Positions 25,800 through 39,932 of a stretch of DNA of 64,000 nt are shown in pieces (position 1 is the stretch's first letter; each line of letters starts with the position of its first letter). The DNA is taken from NCBI RefSeq assembly GCF_001194135.2, contig NC_068984.1, positions 55,315,819 through 55,379,818 of the forward strand, read 5' to 3'. Below the pieces are notes generated by a model. The model had not been told where the DNA came from and ran no database searches. It worked only from the letters and a program-made list of their open reading frames with translations. Position numbers and translations under genes: made by a program. The DNA is from Octopus bimaculoides. Taxonomy: Eukaryota.

Positions 25800-26877
25800 T
25801 TTTACTAGGTTAGAAAGAAAACTGCTTTATGGCCCTAGATTTATCGGGTTTCTCTGTCTTAAATAGAAGGCCTATATATTTCTCGGAGTCATTTGTACGT
25901 TTCAGAACACTTTATCGACAAAATACACACCCAAATATTAAAGCAACCTCATCGAAATTAAATATTAAATTATTTATTTCATATTATTCATTTCACTTTC
26001 ACAGTACTGCCAGTGGATAGTGAAATATTTATTATTATTTAGTTACCTTTTTTATAATATTTCATTCAATATATACCAAAATTAATACATTTCCTTCCAC
26101 TCTGTTCATATATAAATAACAAAAATTATTTGAATGGACATAATTCAAAGAAGTTGCATATATTCTCACTAGTTCTGACTCAAGTCAATGAAGAGAAGAT
26201 ATAATAAATAACCGAACAATGTTGATTATATACTGAAAATTGAAATCTGAATGGTTCTCCTTGAATGTCTTCGGAATGAAATAAACGACTGTATTGGTTT
26301 GTGACAACCGAACAAAGAATTAAGCAAAGTTATTTCAGCATGATTTATGGTTACATATATTTTATGGACAGTATCATAATTATACGAGTAAAGACGCAAA
26401 ATTAAATTCATAACTTTTCCAACTTCTTTGTGACCGTAACATCGAAAATAGTGGCTAAGAGAGAATCTGTACCAGGCAACAGATATATATCTTAGCGCAG
26501 TAAACTATAGTGGTTAATATAGTCTGACATATTTATGGCGTATATACTGACGTCAAACAACTTCGAGTTTTCTCTAAATAGATGTTTTTAATGCGACCCA
26601 CAGGCCATACTTGATCGATGAGAGCTATGATCAAAAGTACTCCAACCATGACCACAACGTTATGTAAAGGATGTGCTTTGAGGCATATGTAGCAGCAATT
26701 TCTAAATGGTCAAGCTCTGTTTATAATTGTATTTCTTGTAGTTGATAAGCTGGTATTTTTCTACAAATGTTGCAAAATTGAATATTACATTACCAGGTTT
26801 TAACCGAGTGGAAAAGAAGTTAGATTCTCATCCGTTCCATTTCACTTACGTCAAGTGTTTATTGACTTAACCAGCCT

Positions 26878-26891
26878 CCAGCAGGGGGTCA
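26878..26891 (+). promoter_or_regulatory. CTCF-like motif
   Basis: CCAGCAGGGGGTCA, close to the CTCF core CCASYAGRKGGCRS, in apparently unique sequence. Confidence 0.3.
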
Positions 26892-27005
26892 TCTATCAAG
26901 TATTGACAACCGGAACCTCGAGGCCTCAGGAATTGTGTCATGCACCTCAATCCTCAAATGGTGACGGAATTCACTGCACACGATATCTATCTATCTATCT
27001 ATCTA

Positions 27006-27050
<45 letters not shown>

Positions 27051-27143
27051 NNNNNNNNNNNNNNNNNNNNNNNNNNNNNNNNNNNNNNNNNNNNNNNNNN
27101 NNNNNNNNNNNNNNNNNNNNNNNATATATATATACATATATAA

Positions 27144-27189
<46 letters not shown>

Positions 27190-27210
27190 TGTGCAGTGAA
27201 TTATATATAT

Positions 27211-27357
27211 AAAGCGAGAAAATACAGTGGACGGGACACAAAATGTGAGTGTTGTATTACTGAAACGCTAAACATCATGCAATTCAGAGATAACATCTTA
27301 AAAATCAGGGATCAAACCATCTCTTCCTGCATACACAAGCAATATTTTACACTCTAG
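27211..27357 (+). mobile_element. Penelope-like element ORF C-terminus remnant (Cys/His tail after GIY-YIG)
   Basis: Translates to KARKYSGRDTKCECCITETLNIMQFRDNILKIRDQTISSCIHKQYFTL*, matching the recalled PLE pattern Y..G...C.LC..EK..I......LN.R.E..S.CRH....L*. Directly preceded by (TA)n. Confidence 0.7.
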
Positions 27358-27689
27358 CATTTCAAAGAGAACCCTCAACTACTCTACCAATGCCACCAGG
27401 ATAGTCTCTTTACCTGAACGTAAACATTGGATAAATGCAATACACGAACTCCACACATAGAAGATACATGCCTTCTTGATGAACTCCAGCACACAAATAT
27501 ACGAACATTAGACATACCCAGAATATAGTACATTATAGAAATTCATCATCAAGCACAGTTGTTTTCCCCAAATAAAACCCGGAGATAATCACTTAAAAGG
27601 TGACATCCAAGAGGAGCCCCTCTTGATTTCTTGTTTTCTTTGAAGAATTGTGAATTCCCGAGAACTTTCGTGTTACACATTCGCGCGCG

Positions 27690-27787
<98 letters not shown>

Positions 27788-28476
27788 TGAATCTTCCATG
27801 TTAGTGAAACCCAAAATACGTGTACTTTGTGAGTGAAGCCCCATTGAGACATCCGCTATTTTCAGTATTCAAATACCAAATAAACTCTCATCTTGGAGAC
27901 AACTTTTCAAATCATTCTATGCGTTAGCATGCCTTCCCTTAAATCAGACTAAGGTTTATAGGATTATCACCTTCTAACATGTCTTCCAATTTTACAGCAG
28001 TAAGTTATGATTCAGGCTAAATTCATTTGCTACTAATGGTAAGTCGATTGACAACTTAAATTCTTTCAAGTTAGTTCATAGTTTTCTTCGTAACTATGAT
28101 AAACGTTATAAAGTATATTTGGAAATCTTAGGGAGAATATTGAGTCAGAGCTGTTCATAGCCAAAATGAAATAATTATTTTTATACAAATGGATGGATCT
28201 CTACAAATATTGCAAGTTTTAACCATGAATTACATGTTTTCAGAAGTTTTCATTATGACTGTTATTGACTCAGTATTCTGATTATATCTTATCTGCTTCT
28301 CAGAAAAGTACTTGTGAACCATCTTTACGGAGCGGTAGGGAGGCGCAAACACAAGACAACATTGCCACATACAAAACACATACACATTACTATACACACA
28401 GACACACACACACACACACTCATGCACAATCACACATACATACACACATGCACACATATACACACCCAAAAACATA

Positions 28477-28552
28477 CAAACACATATATCGTCGGTAAAA
28501 CATATGTGTGTGTGCATGTGTGTGTATCTTTTACCGACGATATATGTGTTTG
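28477..28552. repeat. Perfect 24-bp inverted repeat with 28-nt spacer inside CA/TG tracts
   Basis: caaacacatatatcgtcggtaaaa (28477-28500) is the exact reverse complement of ttttaccgacgatatatgtgtttg (28529-28552). Confidence 0.95.
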
Positions 28553-28709
28553 TGTGTGTGTGTGTGTGTGTATGTGTGTGTATGCCTGCGTGAATGTACA
28601 TATAATCTGTGCGTCTCAACATAGATTTCAGTTATATCTATACACACCTCCTACTGTACATTGATGATCTACTTGTTGTAATCTTAGAGCTCGCTATGCA
28701 CAGACACAG

Positions 28710-28753
<44 letters not shown>

Positions 28754-29499
28754 TTCAAACGTCATTCTGCATAACATTCAGTATACACTCATGATTGATT
28801 CACATGCAATCTAGACATATCACGCTAGATATTCTCAACTTCAAAGAAGCGAAACCCAAAGATCTTATTTTAATGAGTGCATGGAATACACGAAAACACT
28901 ATTCGAAATTTTCAATATTATTCAAATATTATTCAAATCGCGCCAGCAGTTCTAACACAGACACAGTTTTAATGTAGTCTTAGATATATTTGTTTCCATG
29001 ATAAATATACTGCTGAAAAGAGGACAACTGATCAAAGTTCACCTGTCGTATAAATGAAACCAATTAGAAATGAAATTATTGTAAATTATGGTTTCATGCA
29101 TTTCCTAATATTTCTCATTAACATAATGGCACTTTTATAGCATTATACTTCCACATTGTCATTCAAGATAATGAATCACTTTTAGCCACATCAATGTCGC
29201 AGCCCCATACCGAGATATTTCACTTAGAATATTATCTCATAGTGCTACTGTAGAGAAGAAAGTATAATTTCTTTATATTTTCTTCACAGAATTTCAGTGA
29301 AATATCCACAAATATCAACATCTCACATGACAACACGCGCGCGCGGCGGGCACACACACATATGCGTCCACACACATATGCGTCCACACACATATACATA
29401 TACATATACATATACACCCACATATATCAGTATATATCTGTATATACATACATATACCTCTTTTTCTTCTCCTCTCCTTATCTCTCTTTATCCCAATCT

Positions 29500-32110
29500 T
29501 TCCCTAAATATATACAGAAGGAAACGGCAGGCAAAGATTCCTCGAGACTGGGTAAGTGAAGAACTGAAACTCTTGTTGAGAGGGTCGCAATTAGCCGAAG
29601 GAGACAATCCAAATAATATTATAAAGGCAATTCTAAACAGTAATGGCTATATAAGGACTACAGCTCAGATAGAGCGAAAAAAAAACCCAAGAATTTATCA
29701 GCTCGTATGCTCTCATCAGACCTCACATTAGCACACCGGACACCATCTTTGCACAGAAATTAAAAAAGGATGACAAGGATGCAAATCTTGATCTGAGTGA
29801 CAGATGTTCCCCTGACCCCACTGTGCCATAAGGGAAGACACCTAAAACGAAAATCAAAATTGATAGATCTACCAAAGAAAGCGACACCAGCACTGATGGC
29901 CCTACTACAACCAATATCAACACCCAAAAGTGCGAAAGAACCGATTAAGGGTTAAAATAAAGATAAAAGAAGTAAAAAGGATGACAATAGAAGAAAAAAT
30001 GAAGCAAAAGACAAAAGAGAACCCCCAAGTAAAACGAAAAATTCAGACAGTCAATATTCAAAGCCACAACCGGTTAGGAAACACACACAAGTGTGTTATT
30101 CTTTTCTGCACGGTGACTGCTGACAGGGACATGATGGTGCAAATTACTGCTTCCTGCATCCAAAACCATGCAACAGAAGACCAAAAGCACAAGCCTTCCT
30201 CCAAAAGACACGGGAAGGCTCCAAAGAGAAAAAAGTCGTACATCACCTGCATCAAAGCTAAAATACGTCCATGTAGTGCGCACTACCTCTAAAAACCAGC
30301 CCTATCCCGAAGCCATCATAAGGGTTACAGCTGAGCAATAATCTTTTTTACGCATGGCTCAAAAGTTTGTCCCAAAACTAACCTGGCTACATCACTTCCA
30401 GAGTCGGAGCCATCCCCCACCAACACGCTAGATCGTCACAACCATTGCATCCAGCAATTTAGCTCGTTACTATGGCAACAGTCCGGATATTTATAGATCA
30501 TCCCACGTATAAGACAACTCAACATAGATATATATGCTAAATATCGCCCACCAGATGCCTCAAATCACACGAGCAATACTCTAACCGACCAGGGTAAATA
30601 ATATACTTACCTGATTTCTGTTTCACAGAAAATATGCATCTCATCCATGATGTGAAATTGACAACCAAACGAATCTCAAATCACAACACAATAGAGCTGA
30701 TCATGTATAGACGAAAGGAATACACAGGCATGCAGCCTATGAGAAGCACGCAAAACCTATCCAATCTCAACTACCACAAAGCAGAATGGAAATCAATTGA
30801 GAAAGAGATCACCAAACGAAACTGTTCCCAATGTCTCTCTACACTTTACATAGACATGAAATTGAAATTTTTCACGTTCGTGATGCAAACTATATGCTAC
30901 AATTTTGCCTCAGAGAGAACGGCCACTGCACATAAAAACAAGATGCCCAAGGAGAGGAAAAGAGAGTAAAGATTGCAAACCGCCTCAACGGAGAACTCAA
31001 CAGCAGTGAGAAACCACACCTGGAAACGTGGAAACGGCACTGCTGGATATTGAGAAACAACTGAAGCACTCGCATGAGAAGAAAAGAGCAGGCACGGAAT
31101 CCTGGAGCATAGGAGATATAAAATGAGATCCCTAAAGCCTTCTATAGGTATGCCAAGGAGACTGTCTCTGTGAATTGCAGGGTAGGACCACGCACGGGAA
31201 ACTCAATAAGAGTAGCTGAAACACTCAATAAACAAAACAAAAGTCTCTTCACCTACGACACATGCAAGTTAGCAAAACTGTAGAATTCTTCACCGCTACA
31301 GAAGCTGAACGAGGGAAGTAACAATTGATTTTTTCAATATCGAAGAAAAGAATTTAATGCTAGCAATACTGTTGGCCTTAATAAATTCCCAGCAATCCTC
31401 CTCAATTCATGCAAATGAGTCCTTGCAAAACGATTATGCTATTGTTTCAGAGTTTCCCCGCAAATGGTAAGCTCCCGGACAAGCTAAAGGAAGGAATAAT
31501 ATGACATATGCATAAAGGAGGGAGCAGAGCAGATACTAAAACGTATAGGCCTATCTATCTGACCTCACACATCAGCAAAGCCATGGACGAATAGTCTGAA
31601 GGAAATTAATTGCATTCCTTGGAAAGAATAAATTGCTGACTGACATCCAGTGTGGTTTGCGACCAGGTAAGAGCTGCCTGACATAGATCTTGCTGCATTA
31701 CGTCTGGGTGCTAAAGAGGTGCTCAGAAACTCCAATGTGGACCTGATATATTTCGACTTTGCAAAAGCATTTGATAATGTCGGCCATCGTATGATTTGTC
31801 AGGCGCTCTGAACTCTTGGTATATTTGGAAAAGTTGGAGAATGGCTACATGACTTTCTGAAAGATAGAAGTCAGGTAGTAGTGATCAAAACACAAATAGT
31901 GAGTCTCTCTGACATGCTCTCAGCTGCTCAAGTAACTATCCTTGCCAGCTATGCAGACAATACGAAAGTCACTGAAAGGATACAGACCCTGGAGACGTTG
32001 TGTATCTGCAACGTGAGTTGGGTGCAATATACAGTTGGGCTGAGCAATATAACATGCAATTTAATGCTGGAAAATTCCAAGCCCTCCGCAACCAACACAG
32101 AAAACTCAAT
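29500..32110 (+). mobile_element. Decayed CR1/L2-group LINE (ORF1 Cys/His knuckle, APE endonuclease, RT), internally deleted
   Basis: Frameshifted translations: VCYSFLHGDC*QGHDGANYCFLHPKPC (~30085-30170), KYRPPDA, ISNHNTIEL, LNYHKAEWKSI, DLIYFDFAKAFDNVGH (31740-31787), WLHDFLKDRSQVV, SYADNTKV, IYSWAEQYNMQFNAGKFQAL. Confidence 0.88.
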
Positions 32111-32196
32111 AAAAGTCGTTCTTATATAGTAAATACAAAACCAATGTCTTATATAGTGAAGAATAATAGAACACCTCTCTATCTATCTTTCTATCT

Positions 32197-32263
<67 letters not shown>

Positions 32264-33214
32264 NNNNNNNNNNNNNNNNNNNNNNNNNNNNNNNNNNNNN
32301 NNNNNNNNNNNNNNNNNNNNNNNNNNNNNNNNNNNNNNNNNNNNNNNNNNNNNNNNNNNNNNNNNNNNNNNNNNNNNNNNNNNNNNNNNNNNNNNNNNNN
32401 NNNNNNNNNNNNNNNNNNNNNNNNNNNNNNNNNNNNNNNNNNNNNNNNNNNNNNNNNNNNNNNNNNNNNNNNNNNNNNNNNNNNNNNNNNNNNNNNNNNN
32501 NNNNNNNNNNNNNNNNNNNNNNNNNNNNNNNNNNNNNNNNNNNNNNNNNNNNNNNNNNNNNNNNNNNNNNNNNNNNNNNNNNNNNNNNNNNNNNNNNNNN
32601 NNNNNNNNNNNNNNNNNNNNNNNNNNNNNNNNNNNNNNNNNNNNNNNNNNNNNNNNNNNNNNNNNNNNNNNNNNNNNNNNNNNNNNNNNNNNNNNNNNNN
32701 NNNNNNNNNNNNNNNNNNNNNNNNNNNNNNNNNNNNNNNNNNNNNNNNNNNNNNNNNNNNNNNNNNNNNNNNNNNNNNNNNNNNNNNNNNNNNNNNNNNN
32801 NNNNNNNNNNNNNNNNNNNNNNNNNNNNNNNNNNNNNNNNNNNNNNNNNNNNNNNNNNNNNNNNNNNNNNNNNNNNNNNNNNNNNNNNNNNNNNNNNNNN
32901 NNNNNNNNNNNNNNNNNNNNNNNNNNNNNNNNNNNNNNNNNNNNNNNNNNNNNNNNNNNNNNNNNNNNNNNNNNNNNNNNNNNNNNNNNNNNNNNNNNNN
33001 NNNNNNNNNNNNNNNNNNNNNNNNNNNNNNNNNNNNNNNNNNNNNNNNNNNNNNNNNNNNNNNNNNNNNNNNNNNNNNNNNNNNNNNNNNNNNNNNNNNN
33101 NNNNNNNNNNNNNNNNNNNNNNNNNNNNNNNNNNNNNNNNNNNNNNNNNNNNNNNNNNNNNNNNNNNNNNNNNNNNNNNNNNNNNNNNNNNNNNNNNNNN
33201 NNNNNNNNNNNNNN

Positions 33215-33248
<34 letters not shown>

Positions 33249-35005
33249 ATATGTATGTATGTATGTATACAATAAAACATATAAGCTCACTAAAAACTAA
33301 TGTACAAGGCAATTTCATAGCAGCTTGTAGTATAATTGCGACAAGAGGTAAAACTTTTAAATCTTTCACTTTGTAGTGACGAATTATATATAGACTATTA
33401 CCGCTACCTGACATACATTTGTTTAAATTTACTAATGAACTTTAGCTTCTTAAAATGGAAACTGGAAATATTTCAGCTGAAATGGTATTCACAATATATG
33501 TAGCTAACAGCTGAGAAGCTAATTTGAAATCTTATTTTTTCCTCATACAACTTTTCATTGTTAGAAATTTTCTGTTTCAAAGACAATAATAAAGCACCAT
33601 AATTTTCTATTGCTGTTGAGTTTTGAAACTTTGTAAGAATGCTCAAATTTTTCAATTACTGTCAATCCTAATTTTTATCGTTGGTCAACTTAATAACACA
33701 TTCTGCCTAATTCATGTTTTATTTACAGGATTTGTCTTATGAAATAGTTGAATTTCCTGGATTATTGACGTTGTTTGAATTTACTAGTTTTCGTAATCTA
33801 TATATCTAAATTTGATGCAACATAAGATTGATTACCTTCAAGTTAATATCAGTGTTGTGGTAAAAATATTGTATATTAATTGTTTTTGAAATACAACGTT
33901 GCTCTAACAATTTGCAACATCAGGTTTTATGACAAATGTACAAACAAATAATACTATTTAAATTCACAGAAACCCAAATTCTTCTTAGTATATTACGTTC
34001 TTCATTTATACATAGATCTCAAAGCTTGTTTACATGTTTTAGGTTTTGTATAGGTGGTGTTAGTGTGTTGTAAAGATTCTTTAGATTGTAATATCCGCTT
34101 TTGTCTGAATGTACCGGCCGATATATCGAATTATGCATGTAATTGACTATTAATTGAAGACTAAAATTTGTTTCATTTGCAGTTGTGTGTACACCCTGTG
34201 ATAGATGTCAGATCTCTGCACCGTCCCTATAAATGTAACCTTCTGTAGTGATGCATATTTTATATGTATATATAATGTCAGTGATTTTTGGCTTGGTGTT
34301 TTTATTACCCTGCATGTTATAAACTCTTCTTTACTGTATAGCCAGTTAATTATACTTTCTGTCTTAACACGTATACCGTATTACAACAATTACTTACAGA
34401 ACACTCTGTACCGTCTTAAAAGCAAAGAAAATAATGTACTCTAAAATGTTAGAATTAAACTTAAAGAATTAGCTCAACTTGCGTTTCATGTCAGCGGGGA
34501 TATTAAGTTAATCTGAAATAATTAAGCTACGGACGACGAAATTATCAAAATTATAATATTTAGCATTGAAATTTCTCAATATTATTCCTTTACTGTAAAT
34601 ATAAGGAATCATATACACGTAAGATATATTTATAAGATTGTATGCAAATTCATGGCAATTCCTGAAAGAAATTAACACTGGAAATTTCAGCAATTATTAA
34701 CATATAATTCTTGTCTCTATGCAATGTAGGTCTTGAATAAATATGAGAATATTTGCTTCTTTTATAAAAATTCAGTCTATCAATATATAGTGATCAATAT
34801 ACTGTAAACTAAACCTAAGTGCAAATTTTTAAGAACTATTTTCTTGTAATCCTATGTCATAAGTGCAACGCTAATGAAACAAAATGAGAATATGGTTAGA
34901 AAAAATATCTTATTAACTTAAAACAAGCATATTTTAATAATGTTACATATAAGTTATGAGAAAACAATACACAAACATATCTACTTCTATATCTATATTG
35001 TATAT

Positions 35006-35049
<44 letters not shown>

Positions 35050-36121
35050 GAGTGTGCGTGTGTGCATGAACGTGTCCATATGTATATGCATGAATGTGTG
35101 TGTGTATACGTGTGTGTGTGCGTGTCTGTTTGTGCGTTCATGCACCCGGGCGTGTATGTGTGTGAGTAGAATAAGATGTGAATTCAGAAAATCATGTTGC
35201 CATCACGGTCTCGGGTAATAGTCCACATAGTAATAAATAAAAAAAAAAGACGTCTGTAATATAAGAAGCCCATGTAACTAAAAACCCAGTTGATCCGATT
35301 GATAAAATTATTTCTTGGGGAGTATATAAAACCATAAGGTCAGTAGGTATGAGGCGTGGATATATTTTTTCAACCACGTGAGTCCCATAGGAGTACTTCC
35401 GTTTCGCCATCTTCTTCATGCAATATTCATTTCAGTATTGGAGAAATAATGCGTCCAATTTTTGCATCAATATATATGCTCAGGATTATATAATACAACT
35501 GCGTATTCACATAATAATGCAAATAAAGAAAACTCGTACAACAGATCACCGGATCATCACTGTTACGCCAACGATCCTATTCTAAATGTACACACAAAAT
35601 GTACTCTTTATATATATATATATATATATNNNNNNNNNNNNNNNNNNNNNNNNNNNNNNNNNNNNNNNNNNNNNNNNNNNNNNNNNNNNNNNNNNNNNNN
35701 NNNNNNNNNNNNNNNNNNNNNNNNNNNNNNNNNNNNNNNNNNNNNNNNNNNNNNNNNNNNNNNNNNNNNNNNNNNNNNNNNNNNNNNNNNNNNNNNNNNN
35801 NNNNNNNNNNNNNNNNNNNNNNNNNNNNNNNNNNNNNNNNNNNNNNNNNNNNNNNNNNNNNNNNNNNNNNNNNNNNNNNNNNNNNNNNNNNNNNNNNNNN
35901 NNNNNNNNNNNNNNNNNNNNNNNNNNNNNNNNNNNNNNNNNNNNNNNNNNNNNNNNNNNNNNNNNNNNNNNNNNNNNNNNNNNNNNNNNNNNNNNNNNNN
36001 NNNNNNNNNNNNNNNNNNNNNNNNNNNNNNNNNNNNNNNNNNNNNNNNNNNNNNNNNNNNNNNNNNNNNNNNNNNNNNNNNNNNNNNNNNNNNNNNNNNN
36101 NNNNATATATATGTATGTATA

Positions 36122-36154
<33 letters not shown>

Positions 36155-36192
36155 GTGTGTGTGTGTGTGTTTGTGTGTGTGTGTCTGTGTGT

Positions 36193-36249
<57 letters not shown>

Positions 36250-36744
36250 CATATATGCAATGTAGGGCCGAAACTGTACAAAATAAAATTGATTTGATCT
36301 GTAGAACGAATGATATATTCCTTCGTATCAAGTGATTCTAAGTATTAGATACACATTTAAGAAATTTACCACATCTAATGTAAAAGATACGATTCAAAAA
36401 GTTGAAGCAAATCTAGATTAAGTAAAAAAAAAAAAGAGTAAAAAATGTATAAAAATATTAGCAAAAAATATGAATGATTTCCTAGTCAAAGCGATTACAC
36501 ATTTCTGTGCGCAACGAAAATAGATGGAGATTTAAATATTCCACAAAAATAATGGCTAAATGGCAGGTCAAGTAAAACAAAGAGATATCATTTAACAACG
36601 CTAAAGTGAAGAAAGTATTTCAACCTTCAAGATATTTTCTCACACATTCGATGCACATTCATCAAATATACATTGCTGCATAATGGATTGAAGTAAAACA
36701 GCAAAACACACATTCACACGAACACACCCATAATCACTTACAAA

Positions 36745-39700
36745 GGTATCAATATAGCCGACAGAAAGGCCTTTGATCGGAACATTGGATGTTCTGAAGA
36801 GAGCTGAACCACTTTATTGGAACCAGATTAATTGCTGTGTTCTCAGAATCAGCTTGACTCGGGGTGGCAGCACCTGGTAGGGTCCTAGCATGGGCAAATA
36901 GTGAACCAGACGGTGGAAGGTCACTCATCGAGACCTCCAACTGCATAAACAAGCGAAGGCATACGGTGACCCCTCTGCCAGTCAGTCTGACTGAGGAAAG
37001 TGAGGCCCCAAAGATTGAGACCTACAACATCAGAAGCGAATCCAAAGGTAAGACATTCTCGGCCTATCGATGTGCCTCCTTGTCCGAGTCAGTATGTCAC
37101 ACTATATGTGCTGCAGAAAACAAGGCCCTGGAGCAATTATGTGTAGGTTTCAGCCCGGCAAGCCGTCGTTCGCCTTGAACAAATTAACGCCAACGGGTCA
37201 TTTATGTCCCCACACTTCTGCTTCTTTTTTACTTCCTACATTTTACAAAACTCCAAAGGCGATGGGATAAGGATGTCGGTAGCAGGCTGTTTAGCTGGAG
37301 CTGTGTGATATCCGGACTTGCACTTTGGCGACAGGTGTGTGATGGTTACATTCCTGTGACCTGCGACTACACAGGAATCTGGTCTTGCACCTGTGACTGG
37401 GCGGTCATTTTTAAGTGTACTGACACCCACTCCAAATTGGGAAGAACCTAGAAAATATGGGCTAAACATCGGTAGTCACATTATAATTCTTGTTTGATGA
37501 ATTACACCGAAACCGGAGGCTCATAAATGCAGTCGCAACATAAGAAATCCAGAAACAAAACCGACCCAGATCACTTGTTGTTCCTGGAATGTACGAACTC
37601 TCTTGGACTGGAGAGATACGGAACGCTCTGAATGAAGAACAGCACTCGTTTCAAGGGAACTTACCAAATTCAAAGTTGACATTGTCGTTTTAACTGAGAC
37701 CCGTTTACTGGGTGAAAAAACGGGACCTGGCTACACCTTCTTTTAGAAGAGCCGAAACCATGAAGTTTCGGGCGACTATGGTGTTGGCATCTATGCAGGT
37801 ACCAAGGAGATATCTGTTCCAGTCCAGTCCTCAGCAGGGGCCCTCTCTGTCAGCAGACAACAACCACTTGACGGTGAGTAATGATATCATTAAATAGTGA
37901 GAGGAATATTTTAATGTCCTGCTCAATAGAAACTCCTTCACTGCTGATAGTTTTCTAAGAAATGTGCCATGATAGCACCACCCTTACTGAAACCCCTTTG
38001 CTATGAATTTTGTGTCGCCTTGAGGCAACGACACGATGGAAAGGCTACAGGCACAGACAAAATTCCGGCAGAGTTCCTACTATATGGTTGACTACGCCTA
38101 AAGATTTGTTCCACGCTTTGATCCTCCGAACGTAGGAAGTCAAACACGTTCCAAATGAGTTTAAAGATGCACTGTCATAACATTTAAGAAAGAGGATCGC
38201 AACACGTGTGGACATTATCGTGGCAAACCATTACATGGAAAAGGATTTCCTAAATAATCCGGAACAGATGATATAACTTTGTAGAGAACATCCTGCCAGA
38301 AACTCATTTTAGTTTCCGCTTCGCAGGGAAAACAATTGATATGATCTGTGCCTATCAACTACAGCAGAAAGCCAGAGAACAACAAAGACCTCTCCTTCTC
38401 GTTTTCTATGACCTTGGAGACGCCTACGACAGTGTCCCTAGAGCTGGAACGTAAGCTGTCGGCGTACCAGAACCCTTTGTTGCAATGATTAGAGCATTGT
38501 AAGAAGGAACGAAAGCACGTTGTGGTTCTCCAGTCTAACACCTCGTAAAAATTCCATATCATGTGTGGTCTGAAAAAGGGCTCCGTCATCTCACTCCTAC
38601 TCTTCTAACGTTGCACTGCTGCTTTGCTTCATGAAATTCCCTAAAACAATCCAGACGTAGAAATGAAGTATACCGTTTGGTGCAGGCTTTTTTAATCTGT
38701 CAATACTCTGCTCCCAGTGTCACACTAGCATCATCAAAGTAAATGAAATGAAGTAGGAAAATGACAACGCTCCCCCCTGCCCACTTATCTGGGGATTTAC
38801 ATCAGCCTGTGAACAATTTCTTTATGCCATATTTCTAGTTTGGCCCAACAGTTAACAAAGGCAAAACTAAAATCATCTTACAACCACAACTTGGATGTGA
38901 CCCACCAAATGTCAACATCAAATTTAGTGGAACATCCATTGAATCTGGTGAAAATTTCCATTTTCTTGATAGTTTCCTCTGAGTTCAATGTATACCATCA
39001 AAGGATGAAAAAAACCAGAATCCTGGCAGTGCTACACACAACCTTTGGGAAGCTCTCTAGTAGAATCTTTGCGAGAAGTAGTCTTACCATGCAAACCAAA
39101 ATGATGATGTATAATGCTATAGTAGTGTCTATCCTGCTGTGTGGCAATGAGATGTGGATCCTCCACCGTCATGACCTGAAAAATTTTGAATAATCACATC
39201 TAAAGAAATTCCGGTGTGTCATGAACATCGAATGGGAAGATTCTTTTACCAAAGAGAGCAGGATAAATTAGCATGGAGGTTACAATCATCAAGCACGGCC
39301 TCAGATGAGCAGGTCATGTGGATCGCAAATATATTCGTATTTGAGGAACTAAACAATGGACGATGCCCTTGTGGATGTCCCCTATGACGCCACAAGGACT
39401 AATTGGAAGAAAGTTTAAAGAGTTCTGGTATAATGACAGCCAACGTACACACTATTTGGCGTAATTTGACCGAGGCAGGAGTATCTCGCTTTGAAAAAAA
39501 CGACAGAAGAACTGATATCGGAATGAAACGACAACAGTAGATAACAGCAGAGTAGACACAGGAAAGATACAATGTAGGAAAGACAGAGTAACACACACCC
39601 AACCAGCATCTACAATCCCAAGCAATTCTTCAAAGACGGTTTTAGCACAAATGAACCCATCATCACTCTTAACTGAAATGTGCTAAATACACGGAAGCCG

Positions 39701-39780
39701 GCCGACAATATATTTAGGTGTAATACAAACACAGGCACACTAAAACTCACAGGCACATACATGTACATAATAGTAATAAC
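36745..39780 (+). mobile_element. Decayed RTE-clade (BovB-like) LINE with long 5' region, APE endonuclease and RT, internally deleted
   Basis: CSWNVRTLLDWRDTERSE*RTALVSRELTKFKVDIVVLTETRLLGE..GPGYTFF (37576-37745); later KATGTDKIPAEF, YQLQQKAREQQRPL, LTMQTKMMMYNAIVVSILLCGNEMW. Followed by (TAA)n. The 5' boundary is approximate. Confidence 0.88.
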
Positions 39781-39794
39781 AAAAGTTGAAATAA

Positions 39795-39799
39795 ATAAA

Positions 39800-39846
<47 letters not shown>

Positions 39847-39860
39847 TGATGATGATGATG

Positions 39861-39929
<69 letters not shown>
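39795..39929. repeat. (TAA)n/(TGA)n microsatellite
   Basis: Directly visible. Confidence 0.97.

Positions 39930-39932
<3 letters not shown>

Noticed and set aside
30466-30479. Perfect X-box GTTACTATGGCAAC
   Set aside because: It lies inside the decayed CR1/L2 LINE endonuclease region with no promoter context and is probably incidental.
34183-34250. Strong acceptor followed by CTPCDRC or RPYKC peptides
   Set aside because: All frames stop within about 22 codons and the motifs are too short.
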